A program made the position numbers and the translations under genes. The notes below the pieces were generated by a model that was not told the origin of the DNA, ran no database searches, and saw only the letters and a list, made by a program, of their open reading frames with translations. Below, in pieces: positions 48,051-58,245 of a DNA stretch of 64,000 nucleotides. Origin of the DNA: Candidatus Latescibacterota bacterium. GTDB lineage: Bacteria; Latescibacterota; UBA2968. Each line of letters opens with the position of its first letter. Within the stretch, counting starts at the first letter, position 1. Location of the stretch: the NCBI GenBank assembly GCA_965208125.1, contig OZ242320.1, positions 32,001 to 96,000 of the forward strand. The letters run 5' to 3'.

Positions 48051-49292
48051 TCAACTCCACAGCCTGTCATTCACCTGTTCATCATTCCACGCATCTGTCG
48101 GTTCAAAATAGCCCGGCAAATCGGGATTGATATGTTCTTTAATCGCTTCCTCATTCAAATCAACGCCGAGCCCGGGCGTATCGGGCACCTGAATATAACC
48201 ATTCTGAACAATGGGATTGGGTGAGCCAGTAACGAGTGTATTCCACGGCGGATAATCAACGGCGTGGCATTCCAGAACCAGAAAATTATTTGTCGCAGCC
48301 GCGCAATGCACACTCGCCATCGTCGCAACCGGCGTCGCCGCCATGTGCAGAGCCATCGCAATACCGTGTTCCTCCGCGTAATCCCCAATCCGCTTAGTTT
48401 CGAGAATCCCCCCCGACGTAGCGAGATCTGGGTGAATAATCGAAACGGCTTTATTATCGATCAGTGGCTTGAAATGTTCCAGAAGATAAATATCTTCACC
48501 CGTGCAAACCGGAGTCGCCGTTGCGTTCTTGAGGCGCACCCATTGATCGGTCAGTTGCCATGGAATCATATCTTCCAGCCAGGCGAGATTAAACTGCTCG
48601 AGTGCGCGTGCAAGACGAATACACGACTCCACATTGATATGCCCAAAGTGATCCGCAGCCAGAGGAATCTCATACCCCACAATATCGCGCACGACCTCCA
48701 CATACTGAACGAGAACATCGATCCCCTTATCGGTAAACTGAATACCCGTAAAAGGATGCATAACCTGCGTAGTTTCCAGCATGCCCGCGGGGGAAGACAC
48801 CGTACCCGGAATATCTTTGAGCAAACGCACACCAATATCCATCTTCAAAAAAGTAAAACCACTTTCCATGCGCGCCTTCAAGCGATTGCCCATCTCTTCG
48901 GGATCCGGCGTTGTATGAGTATCGCAATAAATGCGGATCTGATCGCGGAATTTCCCACCTGCGAGTTGATAACAGGGCACGCCATAAGCCTTACCCGCCA
49001 GATCCATCAACGCCATCTCCACACCGCACACACCGCCCCCCTGCCGCGCATGCCATCCGAACTGTTTAATCTTGCGAAACAGCTTATCCACATTACAGGG
49101 ATTTTCACCCAAAAGCTGACGTTTCAGTTGCAAAGCGTAAATATGACTGGCCCCATCGCGCACCTCTCCCAAACCGTAGATACCCTGATTGGTATCCAGG
49201 CGAATGAGCGTAGAACGCATAGGCACACCGGAAATATTGACAACGCGCATATCGGTAATTCTGAGATCTGATGGGGATGAATGGGTATTCAT
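48051..49292 (-). CDS. Mandelate racemase/enolase family dehydratase
   Basis: GLGEVRDG, LKMDIG, ADHFGH, WLEDMIPW, TGEDIY. Confidence 0.9.
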   Translation of the reverse strand: MNTHSSPSDLRITDMRVVNISGVPMRSTLIRLDTNQGIYGLGEVRDGASHIYALQLKRQLLGENPCNVDKLFRKIKQFGWHARQGGGVCGVEMALMDLAGKAYGVPCYQLAGGKFRDQIRIYCDTHTTPDPEEMGNRLKARMESGFTFLKMDIGVRLLKDIPGTVSSPAGMLETTQVMHPFTGIQFTDKGIDVLVQYVEVVRDIVGYEIPLAADHFGHINVESCIRLARALEQFNLAWLEDMIPWQLTDQWVRLKNATATPVCTGEDIYLLEHFKPLIDNKAVSIIHPDLATSGGILETKRIGDYAEEHGIAMALHMAATPVATMASVHCAAATNNFLVLECHAVDYPPWNTLVTGSPNPIVQNGYIQVPDTPGLGVDLNEEAIKEHINPDLPGYFEPTDAWNDEQVNDRLWS

Positions 49293-49315
49293 AAAATTCT
49301 CCTCTGCCTCTTCCA

Positions 49316-50521
49316 TCACGGCCGCATAGGCGACCCATCTGGTGCCCGCGTTTGCGTCCACTTAATAATCTCATCTTCGGGCGGATATTTTGCAGCAAGA
49401 TCTTCGTCTATATCAATGCCCAGACCGGGATTATCATTGGGATACATATAGCCCTCGCGTACCTCGGGCAAACCGGGAAACATATCATAGACGAGATCGT
49501 TGAAACGGCACCACTCCTGAATACCGAAATTGGGTGCCCACAGGTCAAGGTGCAAATTTGCCGCATGACCAACAGGTGATGTATCGCCAGGCCCATGCCA
49601 CGCCGTTCGCACATTGTACATATTGGCATAAGCAGCGACATTGCGCGCAGGGGTAATCCCCCCCATCTGGCTGACGTGCATGCGAATAAAATCGATAAGC
49701 CGATCCTGAATGAGAGGCATCCACTCGTGCGGATGATTAAACAGTTCGCCCATCGCCAGGGGCGTGGCGCACTGCGTCCGCATGTGGTGAAAATACGCAT
49801 TGTCTTCCGGCGCGAGAGCATCTTCCAAAAAGAAAAGCTTAAAAGGCTCCACATCTTTGGCAAACTGGATGGCGTCAATCGGGCGCAAACGCTCGTGAAT
49901 ATCGTGCAAAAGCTCAATCTCAGGCCCGACCTCCGCACGCACATGCTCAATCATATCGCACATGCGGCGGCAATATTCTCGCGGATGATAATAAGCACCA
50001 TCGGGCGAGCCATCGGGTTTTTGAATACTCTCCGACTGACCCCCGTACCCACCCATCTGCACGCGGATGTGGCGATAGCCCTGTGCCATATAATGACGCA
50101 CGCTATCCACCACTTCGTATTTATCGCGCCCATTGGCATGTGCATACGTATCTGCCGCCTCTCGACACTTCCCACCCAGAAGTTGATACACGGGCATACC
50201 CGCGCGTTTGCCCTTAATATCCCACAGTGCCTGATCCACCCCCGATATGGCATTATTGAGCACAGGACCGTTGCGCCAGTACCCATTGACCATGCTCATC
50301 TGCCAGATTTCCTCAATGCGATCCACATCGCGCCCCAGGACAAAAGGCTTGAGATGTTTTTCAATAGCCGTACGCACCGCGTGAAACCGCTGCGTAAATG
50401 TCGCACAACCCAACCCGTAAAGACCGGGTTCTGACGTAATAATTTTGACAATAACGAGCCGCGAACCCGCAGGCTGCGTCACAATAGTTTTAACATCTTG
50501 AATGGTTATAATCTCTGACAT
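49316..50521 (-). CDS. rspA: RspA/ManD-type D-mannonate dehydratase family
   Basis: GLGCATFTQR, YWRNGPV, LLHDIHERL, AWHGPGD. Confidence 0.87.
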   Translation of the reverse strand: MSEIITIQDVKTIVTQPAGSRLVIVKIITSEPGLYGLGCATFTQRFHAVRTAIEKHLKPFVLGRDVDRIEEIWQMSMVNGYWRNGPVLNNAISGVDQALWDIKGKRAGMPVYQLLGGKCREAADTYAHANGRDKYEVVDSVRHYMAQGYRHIRVQMGGYGGQSESIQKPDGSPDGAYYHPREYCRRMCDMIEHVRAEVGPEIELLHDIHERLRPIDAIQFAKDVEPFKLFFLEDALAPEDNAYFHHMRTQCATPLAMGELFNHPHEWMPLIQDRLIDFIRMHVSQMGGITPARNVAAYANMYNVRTAWHGPGDTSPVGHAANLHLDLWAPNFGIQEWCRFNDLVYDMFPGLPEVREGYMYPNDNPGLGIDIDEDLAAKYPPEDEIIKWTQTRAPDGSPMRP

Positions 50522-50579
50522 GCCAGCTCCGTTTAAAAAACTCTGTCTCAGAATAAGTTAAAAAATAAAAGGCTATGGT

Positions 50580-50819
50580 TTACACCAAAGCCTTTTGTGT
50601 ATTTGAGAATCCCCCAACCTCAACAGATACGGCATCAAACCGCTCATCGCCTGGGCGGTAGGATAGCAATTCTAAGCCAATAGGCTGCCCGCTCGTTTCA
50701 TCTTTAATGATGATAATGCCATCGCCGATTTCTGTACACAGTTGATTTTTGCGAGGTGACTGCCAGTAGATCGTCAGCAATTCGGCCTCAGCCTCATAGA
50801 ATACTTTAACCTGCGCCAT
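50580..50819 (-). CDS. DUF2283-type putative antitoxin
   Basis: VKVFYEAEAELLTIYW...IGDGIIIIKD...PIGLELL; overlaps the upstream partner gene. Confidence 0.75.
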   Translation of the reverse strand: MAQVKVFYEAEAELLTIYWQSPRKNQLCTEIGDGIIIIKDETSGQPIGLELLSYRPGDERFDAVSVEVGGFSNTQKALV

Positions 50820-51117
50820 ATACGCGCCTCCCTTCTTTGATTGCATCCGTTCTGTAAGCCGTAATGATAAATCCTTCTCCATTTAGACGGCGTACAACAA
50901 CGACCACCCAATATTTTTCTTTCGCGCCATAAAATAGCAAAATGTTTTCATCTCTACTACTTTCGCGCACTTCAATAGGATCTCTCAATGTATTTTTTAT
51001 TTCATCAATTCTACCCTCAATATCGGGATGTTTTAAGACAATTTTTTGCCAATATCCACGATTTGTGCGAACCGTAAATCCCAGTGGTGTTAAAATATTA
51101 AAAAAAAGTTCATTCAT
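50806..51117 (-). CDS. DUF4258-type putative RelE-like toxin
   Basis: WQKIVLKHP...LRDPIEVRES...VVVVRRLNGEGFIITAY. Confidence 0.75.
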   Translation of the reverse strand: MNELFFNILTPLGFTVRTNRGYWQKIVLKHPDIEGRIDEIKNTLRDPIEVRESSRDENILLFYGAKEKYWVVVVVRRLNGEGFIITAYRTDAIKEGRRVYGAG

Positions 51118-51180
51118 GCAAATATAACGGGTTAGAGGAATGGTGTCAGCCGATAATGAGGCGGTGTTCGATAGCCATCC

Positions 51181-52221
51181 CTATAGCTCCTTGGGCAACG
51201 CGAGATTAAAGCGCCGCGCGGCTTCGCGGAGTTTTTCCGCCGTACCCACCGGAATGGGAATACCTTCGACAGAGCGTTCGGCAAGAGTGCGATTTTCGGG
51301 CTCGCCGGGCATGAGAATATCGTCAAAGCCATCTGCTCTGGGCAGTGCTTTGAGTTCATCTATCAAATTATCGACATGGTCTTTGTAATCATCCAGATCA
51401 ACAAAAAAGGAAATATCAATCGCAGCGACAATACCGTTTTGCTTTTTCAAACTCTCGCCCCCACGCAATACGGGAACGAGCAGAGGATTATCGACCATCA
51501 AACTGGACAAACACTGAAAAATAAGGGCAAGACCCGATCCCTTGGGACCACCCGTCGGCCGCAGAATAACCCCTTTACGCGCATCCGTCGTCGGATTGCC
51601 CGCGGCATCGAGCGCCCAGTCTTCGCCCAGCGGCACGCCCTTATCCTGCGCGAGCTGAAGTTTGCCACCCGCTGCCACACTGGTCGCCATATCGAGACTG
51701 ATGGGATCGCGTTTATTCGCCGGAACCGCAACAGCTATCGGGCTATTGTGTACGCCCGCTGCCTTCGCGCCAAAAGGAGCCATATTGGGCGGGCTACAAA
51801 CAATAGCAATACCCGCAAAGCCCTCCTGTGCCGCCATCAAAGAATAATAAGCCATCGCACCCTGATGCGTGACATCGCTGAGCAACACCCATCCGATACC
51901 CACATTTTTGGCCTTCTCAATGGCTTTTTTCATCGCAGGAACAGTCGCCACAGGTCCAAGAGCGCGGTCGCACGCAATGTGGGCAACCGCTGGCGACTCT
52001 TTGACGACGCGGATATGGGGCCGAGGATTCATCGCGCCTGTCTCAATATTGTTGAGATACGTGATGACGCGCAAAACCCCGTGAGAATCAACCCCTCGTA
52101 GATTCGCCCAAATAAGCACTTCTGCTTCTATGGCGGCATCTTGGGGCGGCATACCCGCATTTTCAAAAACGGATTGGATAAACGGTTCGAGATGTTCTGC
52201 GCGAATGCGAATGTCCGACAT
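51181..52221 (-). CDS. Ldh_2 family oxidoreductase (malate/L-lactate/sulfolactate dehydrogenase-like)
   Basis: LRGVDSHG, HNSPIA, LDMATS, GGPKGSGL, MPGEPE. Confidence 0.9.
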   Translation of the reverse strand: MSDIRIRAEHLEPFIQSVFENAGMPPQDAAIEAEVLIWANLRGVDSHGVLRVITYLNNIETGAMNPRPHIRVVKESPAVAHIACDRALGPVATVPAMKKAIEKAKNVGIGWVLLSDVTHQGAMAYYSLMAAQEGFAGIAIVCSPPNMAPFGAKAAGVHNSPIAVAVPANKRDPISLDMATSVAAGGKLQLAQDKGVPLGEDWALDAAGNPTTDARKGVILRPTGGPKGSGLALIFQCLSSLMVDNPLLVPVLRGGESLKKQNGIVAAIDISFFVDLDDYKDHVDNLIDELKALPRADGFDDILMPGEPENRTLAERSVEGIPIPVGTAEKLREAARRFNLALPKEL

Positions 52222-52231
52222 GGCAATCCTT

Positions 52232-52333
52232 TCAGTTATCAGTTGTCAGTTATCAGTTGTCAGTCCCAACCACCCAACCCCGGTGAGGCGGTGCGGGGTA
52301 ACTGATCACTGACTACTGGCTACTGACTACTGA
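52232..52333. repeat. Inverted arrays of heptamer tandem repeats
   Basis: (TCAGTTR)x4+TCAGT at 52232-52264 and ACTGATC-ACTGACT-ACTGGCT-ACTGACT-ACTGA at 52301-52333. Shorter copies at 48022-48039 and 62501-62526. Confidence 0.85.
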
Positions 52334-52339
52334 GAAACC

Positions 52340-52368
52340 TTGACTTTGAAATTTTTTTCCGCTATGCT
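52340..52368 (+). promoter_or_regulatory. sigma70-type promoter
   Basis: TTGACT, 17 bp, TATGCT. Confidence 0.65.
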
Positions 52369-52456
52369 GTCTGACAAATTAGTTTCGCGTTTTTGAAGCG
52401 TCAAGATAATAAATCCCAACGGCAAAAAAGAAAAACAACTTCTGGAGGGCCTACTT

Positions 52457-54016
52457 ATGAAACAGTGCTTTGAACATTATCGGACATTGCGAAAAGAGAT
52501 GGATGCGTGGTTAGATCAAAGCCGCCGGATGGACCCGCCGAGCAGGCATGGCGGAGGCGAAGATGAAGCGAACTATTCGCTGGCCTGGTTCCCCCACTAT
52601 CTCATCACCGGAAATGACGGGGTGAGAGAGCACTTTGAACACCTGCGCGATATGCTTGCTGGATGGGTAGAACGGGACTGCCTGCACGGTTATGAACCCG
52701 AAGCCGAAGCCCATCACGGAACCGAACCTTTTCTGCTCTTTTTGCCGCGTTACCTCGGATTATTTCCTGAAGACGAAAAAGCAAACGCACTCCTACAAGA
52801 CGCAGCCGAACACATCGGCAACTGGGTCGAAGGCATTCCCGAATGGTTTGACTGGGAGCGCAACCGGTTTTACGGATATTATATTGGCACCCGCACAGTA
52901 GGACGAGACGACGGCTACGACGCCGAAATTGCCGAGCACTTCCGCTTTGTCCACATTGCCCTTGCCGCACATAGAATGACGGGACAAGACCGGTACCTGG
53001 ACTGGGCATTGCAATACGGCAGACGTCGGGCAGAAATGATTGTCGCCATACCAGATGGCCCCTTGCCCATTGCCTGGGATGCAAACGGACAACCGAGATT
53101 TGGCAAGCAGGCGACTGGACAACAAAAAAAGGCGGCACAAGCCGGGCATCACGTCCCTGGCGATCCGCTCATCGGAGTCGAAGTACTGCTGGCTTCCGGC
53201 GTCACATACGCCCTGGGCGATCTGTTCGAAGCATCGGGCGACGCTGTATTCCACCAGGCGGCGCGGCGAATTGCAGAACCGATGATCAACGAATTGCTGG
53301 ACCCATATTCGGACCCCGGTGCAGCGGCGATCTCCTATTTTAGACGACAATTCTCCGATTCCTCCCTGGACGAGGCGATCCAGGTACAAATCGCGCGTTT
53401 TCCCGACATGCAAGAAGGTGAATTGGCCATGGTCTTTCCACAGGCGCGTCGCCGCGATTGGCCCGGCGTGGGCAAGCGCAACGACATGACGTATTGGGGA
53501 ATATGGAATGGCGATGGCTCCGTAACACCCACAACAGAACCGAGCACTGCGGCACTAACACTGGCATATCAGGTGACGGGTGATGAGCACTATGCCGAGC
53601 GCGCATTAAAGCAAGCAGCAGACAAGCTAATGATGGCGCGTCGGGTGCTGCGCGGTGGCAGAGAACACGCCGATATGGGTAGTGCCGTCTGTTCGACAGC
53701 GGCTGGACACGGGCGCAACTGGGGCATTGGACCCGTAACCGGATGTTACGGCCCATTGCTTTTGGGCACGCGAGAAGTAAAAAGCAAAGTAATGCCAACA
53801 GTCGAAGTAAAACACGCCAATGGCGAGCACGGTGTTCCCCAACAAATCCTTCCGCTTGTGATCCATTCCGGAACAGATGTAGATGGCGTAATGTTTTACA
53901 ATGGCGGCGACTCAGACATCTCATTCTCGTGGCGATTTGAAGACAACGGATGGCAGATTCTCACAGTAGAAACGGACGAAGTTGTCAATGCGGAATTGAC
54001 AGGAGTAATGGCATGA
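52457..54016 (+). CDS. Uncharacterised protein, possibly alpha/alpha-toroid sugar-modifying enzyme
   Basis: 519 aa, RBS GGAGG. Repeated helix-turn motifs (YLITGND, HRMTGQDRY, EASGDAVF, YQVTGDEHY) typical of six-hairpin folds. Confidence 0.6.
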   Translation: MKQCFEHYRTLRKEMDAWLDQSRRMDPPSRHGGGEDEANYSLAWFPHYLITGNDGVREHFEHLRDMLAGWVERDCLHGYEPEAEAHHGTEPFLLFLPRYLGLFPEDEKANALLQDAAEHIGNWVEGIPEWFDWERNRFYGYYIGTRTVGRDDGYDAEIAEHFRFVHIALAAHRMTGQDRYLDWALQYGRRRAEMIVAIPDGPLPIAWDANGQPRFGKQATGQQKKAAQAGHHVPGDPLIGVEVLLASGVTYALGDLFEASGDAVFHQAARRIAEPMINELLDPYSDPGAAAISYFRRQFSDSSLDEAIQVQIARFPDMQEGELAMVFPQARRRDWPGVGKRNDMTYWGIWNGDGSVTPTTEPSTAALTLAYQVTGDEHYAERALKQAADKLMMARRVLRGGREHADMGSAVCSTAAGHGRNWGIGPVTGCYGPLLLGTREVKSKVMPTVEVKHANGEHGVPQQILPLVIHSGTDVDGVMFYNGGDSDISFSWRFEDNGWQILTVETDEVVNAELTGVMA

Positions 54017-54990
54017 AATATCGCACACTGGGAGAAACCGGCCTCGAAGTATCGGAAATCGGATTGGGTGCCTTTCCCATCTCAGGAAAACAACAGCGAG
54101 CAGATGGAAGCATTGAAGTGTGGTCGGGCACAAGCGATGCGGAATCCATCGCCCTGATCCATCGCTGTGAAGAACTCGGTGTGAACTTAATCGATTCTGC
54201 GGAAGGCTATGGCGACGGACACAGTGAAGAACTCGTCGGACAAGCACTACAGGGGCGGCGAGACAAATGGATCATTGCGACCAAAGTGCAGCCAAACCGG
54301 GACATTGACCAGAACGATGAGCAATCAGTACACAACCGGATTGTCGAAGCATGCGAAAACAGCTTGAAACGCATGCAAACGGATTTTATCGACATTTATC
54401 AACTACACGCGATCCCGCACGAATGGGCCATGCCCGCCGTCATGCAAACCCTCGAAAAATTGCAACGGGAAGGCAAAATCAGATGGTACGGTATCTCGAC
54501 CAACAACCGCGAAGCCATCGACAAACTGCGGACATTGGGACCCATCCATATTTTGCAGATCGGATACAATTTATTGGAACGCAGTGCCGACGAATTATTG
54601 CACTGGTCAAAAGAACAAAAAATAGGCACACTCATCCGCGTACCCCTTGCAAAAGGCCAATTGACCGGAAAATACTTTGGGCAGAATGCCGAGAAAATAC
54701 CGCAAAACGATTTGCGGTACGAGCGGTTTCAGCGCCCCGAGGTGCAAGAGGGATTAAAAAAATTGCCCGAACTTCTATTTTTGCAAACAGAACAACGAAC
54801 CATGGCACAGGCATCTCTGCGATTTGTCTTAGATCACCCCGGCGTTTCATGTGTCATCGCCGGCGCAAAAAATCGACAACAAGTTGACGACAACACAGCG
54901 GCATCAGACATGCCACCGCTCACACACGAAGAGCTACACCGCGCCCTGCCCATCGCAGATGCAATTGGCACAGCGGGATGGATTGGGTGA
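54013..54990 (+). CDS. Aldo/keto reductase
   Basis: LGETGLEVSEIGLG, DSAEGYG, IATK, DIYQLH, VIAGAK. Confidence 0.94.
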   Translation: MKYRTLGETGLEVSEIGLGAFPISGKQQRADGSIEVWSGTSDAESIALIHRCEELGVNLIDSAEGYGDGHSEELVGQALQGRRDKWIIATKVQPNRDIDQNDEQSVHNRIVEACENSLKRMQTDFIDIYQLHAIPHEWAMPAVMQTLEKLQREGKIRWYGISTNNREAIDKLRTLGPIHILQIGYNLLERSADELLHWSKEQKIGTLIRVPLAKGQLTGKYFGQNAEKIPQNDLRYERFQRPEVQEGLKKLPELLFLQTEQRTMAQASLRFVLDHPGVSCVIAGAKNRQQVDDNTAASDMPPLTHEELHRALPIADAIGTAGWIG

Positions 54991-55005
54991 ATCAGGAGGA
55001 TTATC

Positions 55006-56145
55006 ATGAAAATCACAGCATTAAAAACATTCGTCGTTCCCACAACGGGCAATTTTTTCGTCAAAGTCGAAACAGACGAAGGTATTTACGGATTGGGAGA
55101 AGCGGGATTAAAGCGCCGCGGAACCGCGATTGCCGAAGTGATCCGCTCGTTTTCCCCAGACGTTATCGGGCAAGACCCCTTTCGGATTGAGCACCTGTGG
55201 CAGATCATGTTTCGCGGCGGATTTTTTCCGGGCGGCGTGGTACAGTCATCGGCAGTAAGCGCTGTTGACATCGCGCTCTGGGATATCAAAGGCAAAGCCC
55301 TGGGCGTACCCGTCTATGAACTATTGGGCGGAAGAACCCGCGACAAAGTGGCGTGTTATCCGCATATTGGCGAACGGGACAATATCGACCGACTGGTCGC
55401 AAATTGTAAACAACGACAGGAAGAAGGCTGGAAATTTGTCCGATGGGGCCTGAGCGACCCCACAGACCCCAATGTATTTGAACCTTCGCGCGCCGTGCGT
55501 CACGGCATTGAACAGGTAAAAGCCGTGCGCGAAGCCTGTGGCGATGAAATAGAAATCTGCGTCGATGTACACACGCGACTGGACCCCGCCTGGGTCATTG
55601 CATATTGCAAAGGCGTGGAACCCTATCGCCCATTTTTTATCGAAGACCCATTGCGAAGTGAAAGCACACAGAGCCTGCGCCTCGTGCGACAAAATACGCA
55701 TCTGCCTTTAGCCATTGGCGAACAATTCGATAGCAAGTGGAAATTCCAGCAAGTAATCGAAGAAGATTTAATGGACTATTGCCGCGTCGATCTCTGCATT
55801 GCAGGCGGTTTGACCGAAGCTAAAAAAATCGCGGGCTGGTGCGAGACACATTATATTCACCTGGCCCCCCACAATCCACTGGGACCCGTATCAACAGCCG
55901 CCTGTTTGCACCTGTGTCTATCGTCTTCTCTCGTCGGCGTACAGGAATTGCCCAGACCTCCCATGACCACCTTGACAGACGTATTCCCCAAACAAATGCC
56001 CTACGCAAACGGCCATCTGCTCGTACCCGAAGGACCGGGATTGGGCATTGAATTAAATGAAGACGCAATTGCAGACATGGCCCCTCCCGAACCATCTACG
56101 GGCGCGGGATTCCGCCGCGCAGATGGCTCGTACACAAATTGGTAA
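55006..56145 (+). CDS. Enolase superfamily, galactonate dehydratase-like
   Basis: DIALWDIKGK, VDVHTR, FIEDP, IGEQ, APHNPLGP. Confidence 0.9.
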   Translation: MKITALKTFVVPTTGNFFVKVETDEGIYGLGEAGLKRRGTAIAEVIRSFSPDVIGQDPFRIEHLWQIMFRGGFFPGGVVQSSAVSAVDIALWDIKGKALGVPVYELLGGRTRDKVACYPHIGERDNIDRLVANCKQRQEEGWKFVRWGLSDPTDPNVFEPSRAVRHGIEQVKAVREACGDEIEICVDVHTRLDPAWVIAYCKGVEPYRPFFIEDPLRSESTQSLRLVRQNTHLPLAIGEQFDSKWKFQQVIEEDLMDYCRVDLCIAGGLTEAKKIAGWCETHYIHLAPHNPLGPVSTAACLHLCLSSSLVGVQELPRPPMTTLTDVFPKQMPYANGHLLVPEGPGLGIELNEDAIADMAPPEPSTGAGFRRADGSYTNW

Positions 56146-56161
56146 AAAAGGAGCATTAAAA

Positions 56162-56944
56162 ATGCGGAAACAGCAATACCTCGGCCTACTCGCACTGATC
56201 GCTTTCATCCTCCTGCAGCCGGCCGTGGCAATCGCCCAAACCTCATTCCAATTTCAATACGGCAAACTCACAAACCCGTTTTCCGGTGCCTCGGAATACA
56301 CCTCTATCCTAACCGTACAACAGGCAGCGCAGTGGCGATATGGCGACAGTTTCTTTTTTATCGACTTCCTGGAAGATGGCGTTCCGGACGGCTTCAACGA
56401 CAAAAGTATCTACGGAGAATGGTATCCGACCCTCAGCATTGGCAAACTGACAAACACAGAGATCAGCATCGGTCCCATCAGAGATATTTCCGTAATCGCT
56501 GGATTCAATGCCGACTCCGATGCCAATGTTCTCAAATACCTGCCCGGAGTGCGGGCTTCGTGGAACGTACCGGGCTTCTTCTTTGTCAACACCGACCTGA
56601 CCGCCCTGATCGACGCCAGCAGCGGCACAGCGCACGGCGGTGCGCCCACAACGAGCAACAGCTTTTTATTTGACATCAATTGGGGTACCGCTTTTGGAAC
56701 TGGTGGTCAGTCCTTCGGTTTCTTCGGCCATGCAGAATACGTCGGTTCTCAGACCAACGAATTTGGCAGCGAAGTCAAAAGCTGGCTCCTCGTGCAGCCA
56801 CAACTCACCTATGACTTGAGCAAGGCGATAAACGGCGAGGGCAACACGCTCTTTGTCGGCATAGAATACCAGTACTGGTGGAACAAACTCGGCACCACCA
56901 CGACCGAAAATGTCGTGCAATTATTAGTCGTGTGGCAACTCTGA
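56162..56944 (+). CDS. Tsx/OmpK-like outer-membrane channel
   Basis: Signal peptide; YGDSFFFID, YGEWYP, VGIEYQYWWNKLG; C-terminal beta strand. Confidence 0.8.
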   Translation: MRKQQYLGLLALIAFILLQPAVAIAQTSFQFQYGKLTNPFSGASEYTSILTVQQAAQWRYGDSFFFIDFLEDGVPDGFNDKSIYGEWYPTLSIGKLTNTEISIGPIRDISVIAGFNADSDANVLKYLPGVRASWNVPGFFFVNTDLTALIDASSGTAHGGAPTTSNSFLFDINWGTAFGTGGQSFGFFGHAEYVGSQTNEFGSEVKSWLLVQPQLTYDLSKAINGEGNTLFVGIEYQYWWNKLGTTTTENVVQLLVVWQL

Positions 56945-56974
56945 TTTCTTTCAAAAAAGAAAAGGAATTTCACC

Positions 56975-58231
56975 ATGAAAGTACGAATCGGCATCATCGG
57001 ATGTGCGCGAATACTAAACGCCCATTTGCGCGGCTATAAAATCCTCCAGGAAAACGATTTTGGCGATCTCTTTCATATCACAGCTTTGTGCGCGCGCAAA
57101 GAAGAAGACGCCCATCGCTTCCGAAAACGAGGCGAGGGACCCGGTCCCCGCCCCGCACCTGTGGATGCACCTGGGGACCCACTCAATGCGCCGCATTCAT
57201 TTATCAGTGACCTGCATCCCGATAGCGATGCAGAAGTGTACACCGACTACAACGAAATGTTGGAAAAGGGCAAAATCGACGCAGTGATCATCTTGACCGG
57301 ACACGACAACCACCACAGCATCGCCATAGACGCCATGAGAGCAGGGAAACACGTCTCGGTCGAAAAACCAATGGCAATTTCAGTCAAAGCGGCCCAGCGA
57401 ATGTGTGAAGTCGCCGACGAAACCGGACAAATCTTGAGCATTGACGAAAATGTGAACTTCAATCCCTCTACCTGGGCCAGCCAATGGGCCATAGAAAAGG
57501 GCCTCATTGGCGATGTACAAATGCTCTATCGCGGCGTCATCGGATTTCGCAATTCGCGTCCAGACCTCGTGGCCGCGCGAACGCCCTGGCGTCAGAGCAA
57601 ATTGGGCGCAGGTGGAGGCGTTGCCATCGACCTGGGCGTCCACCTTTTTAACGGCGTCCGCACAATTTGTGGCCCCATAAAATCGGTACAAGCCCTGTGG
57701 CGAACACTCGAGCCCGTGCGCGTCTTGATGGCCGACGATGATAGCGCCGTAGTCGATCAAATCGAAAATCAAGTAGATGATGCTTTTTTTGCCAACTTTG
57801 AATTTGAAAACGGCGGCATCGGACACATGGCTGTATCGAGAAGTGCGCGGGGAACACAGGTCGGCGTACCGGGCGGCACGAATATTTGGGGCAGCAAAGG
57901 GGCGATTTCAGACGGACAATTATTTGGCGAAGACGGCACATCGGAAAATGTGGAAGACCGATTTCAACGAGAAGCCGACCCCTCGCATCTGGACGAGATC
58001 ATGCCGCGCGGAATCACCGATGCATTTGCGCTTGAGAACCTGAACTGGTTGCAAGCCATCGCAAACGGCAAACCCGTCCAGATGAGCGGAGAAGAAGGCA
58101 CCATCGACCTGGCATTGAGCTATGCGATTCTCGAATCTGGCTTGCTCGGACACGCCGTCACCTTAGACGAAATGTTAAAAGGCGAAGTGGATGAGTATCA
58201 AAAAGAAATCAACGATTATTACGGATTATAA
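56975..58231 (+). CDS. Gfo/Idh/MocA family oxidoreductase
   Basis: IGIIGCARI, GKHVSVEKP, GGVAIDLGVH. Confidence 0.9.
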   Translation: MKVRIGIIGCARILNAHLRGYKILQENDFGDLFHITALCARKEEDAHRFRKRGEGPGPRPAPVDAPGDPLNAPHSFISDLHPDSDAEVYTDYNEMLEKGKIDAVIILTGHDNHHSIAIDAMRAGKHVSVEKPMAISVKAAQRMCEVADETGQILSIDENVNFNPSTWASQWAIEKGLIGDVQMLYRGVIGFRNSRPDLVAARTPWRQSKLGAGGGVAIDLGVHLFNGVRTICGPIKSVQALWRTLEPVRVLMADDDSAVVDQIENQVDDAFFANFEFENGGIGHMAVSRSARGTQVGVPGGTNIWGSKGAISDGQLFGEDGTSENVEDRFQREADPSHLDEIMPRGITDAFALENLNWLQAIANGKPVQMSGEEGTIDLALSYAILESGLLGHAVTLDEMLKGEVDEYQKEINDYYGL

Positions 58232-58245
58232 CCCTGGAGCACGCG

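Noticed and set aside
52232-52333. CRISPR array
   Set aside because: Units are 7 nt with no spacers, and no cas genes are in the window.
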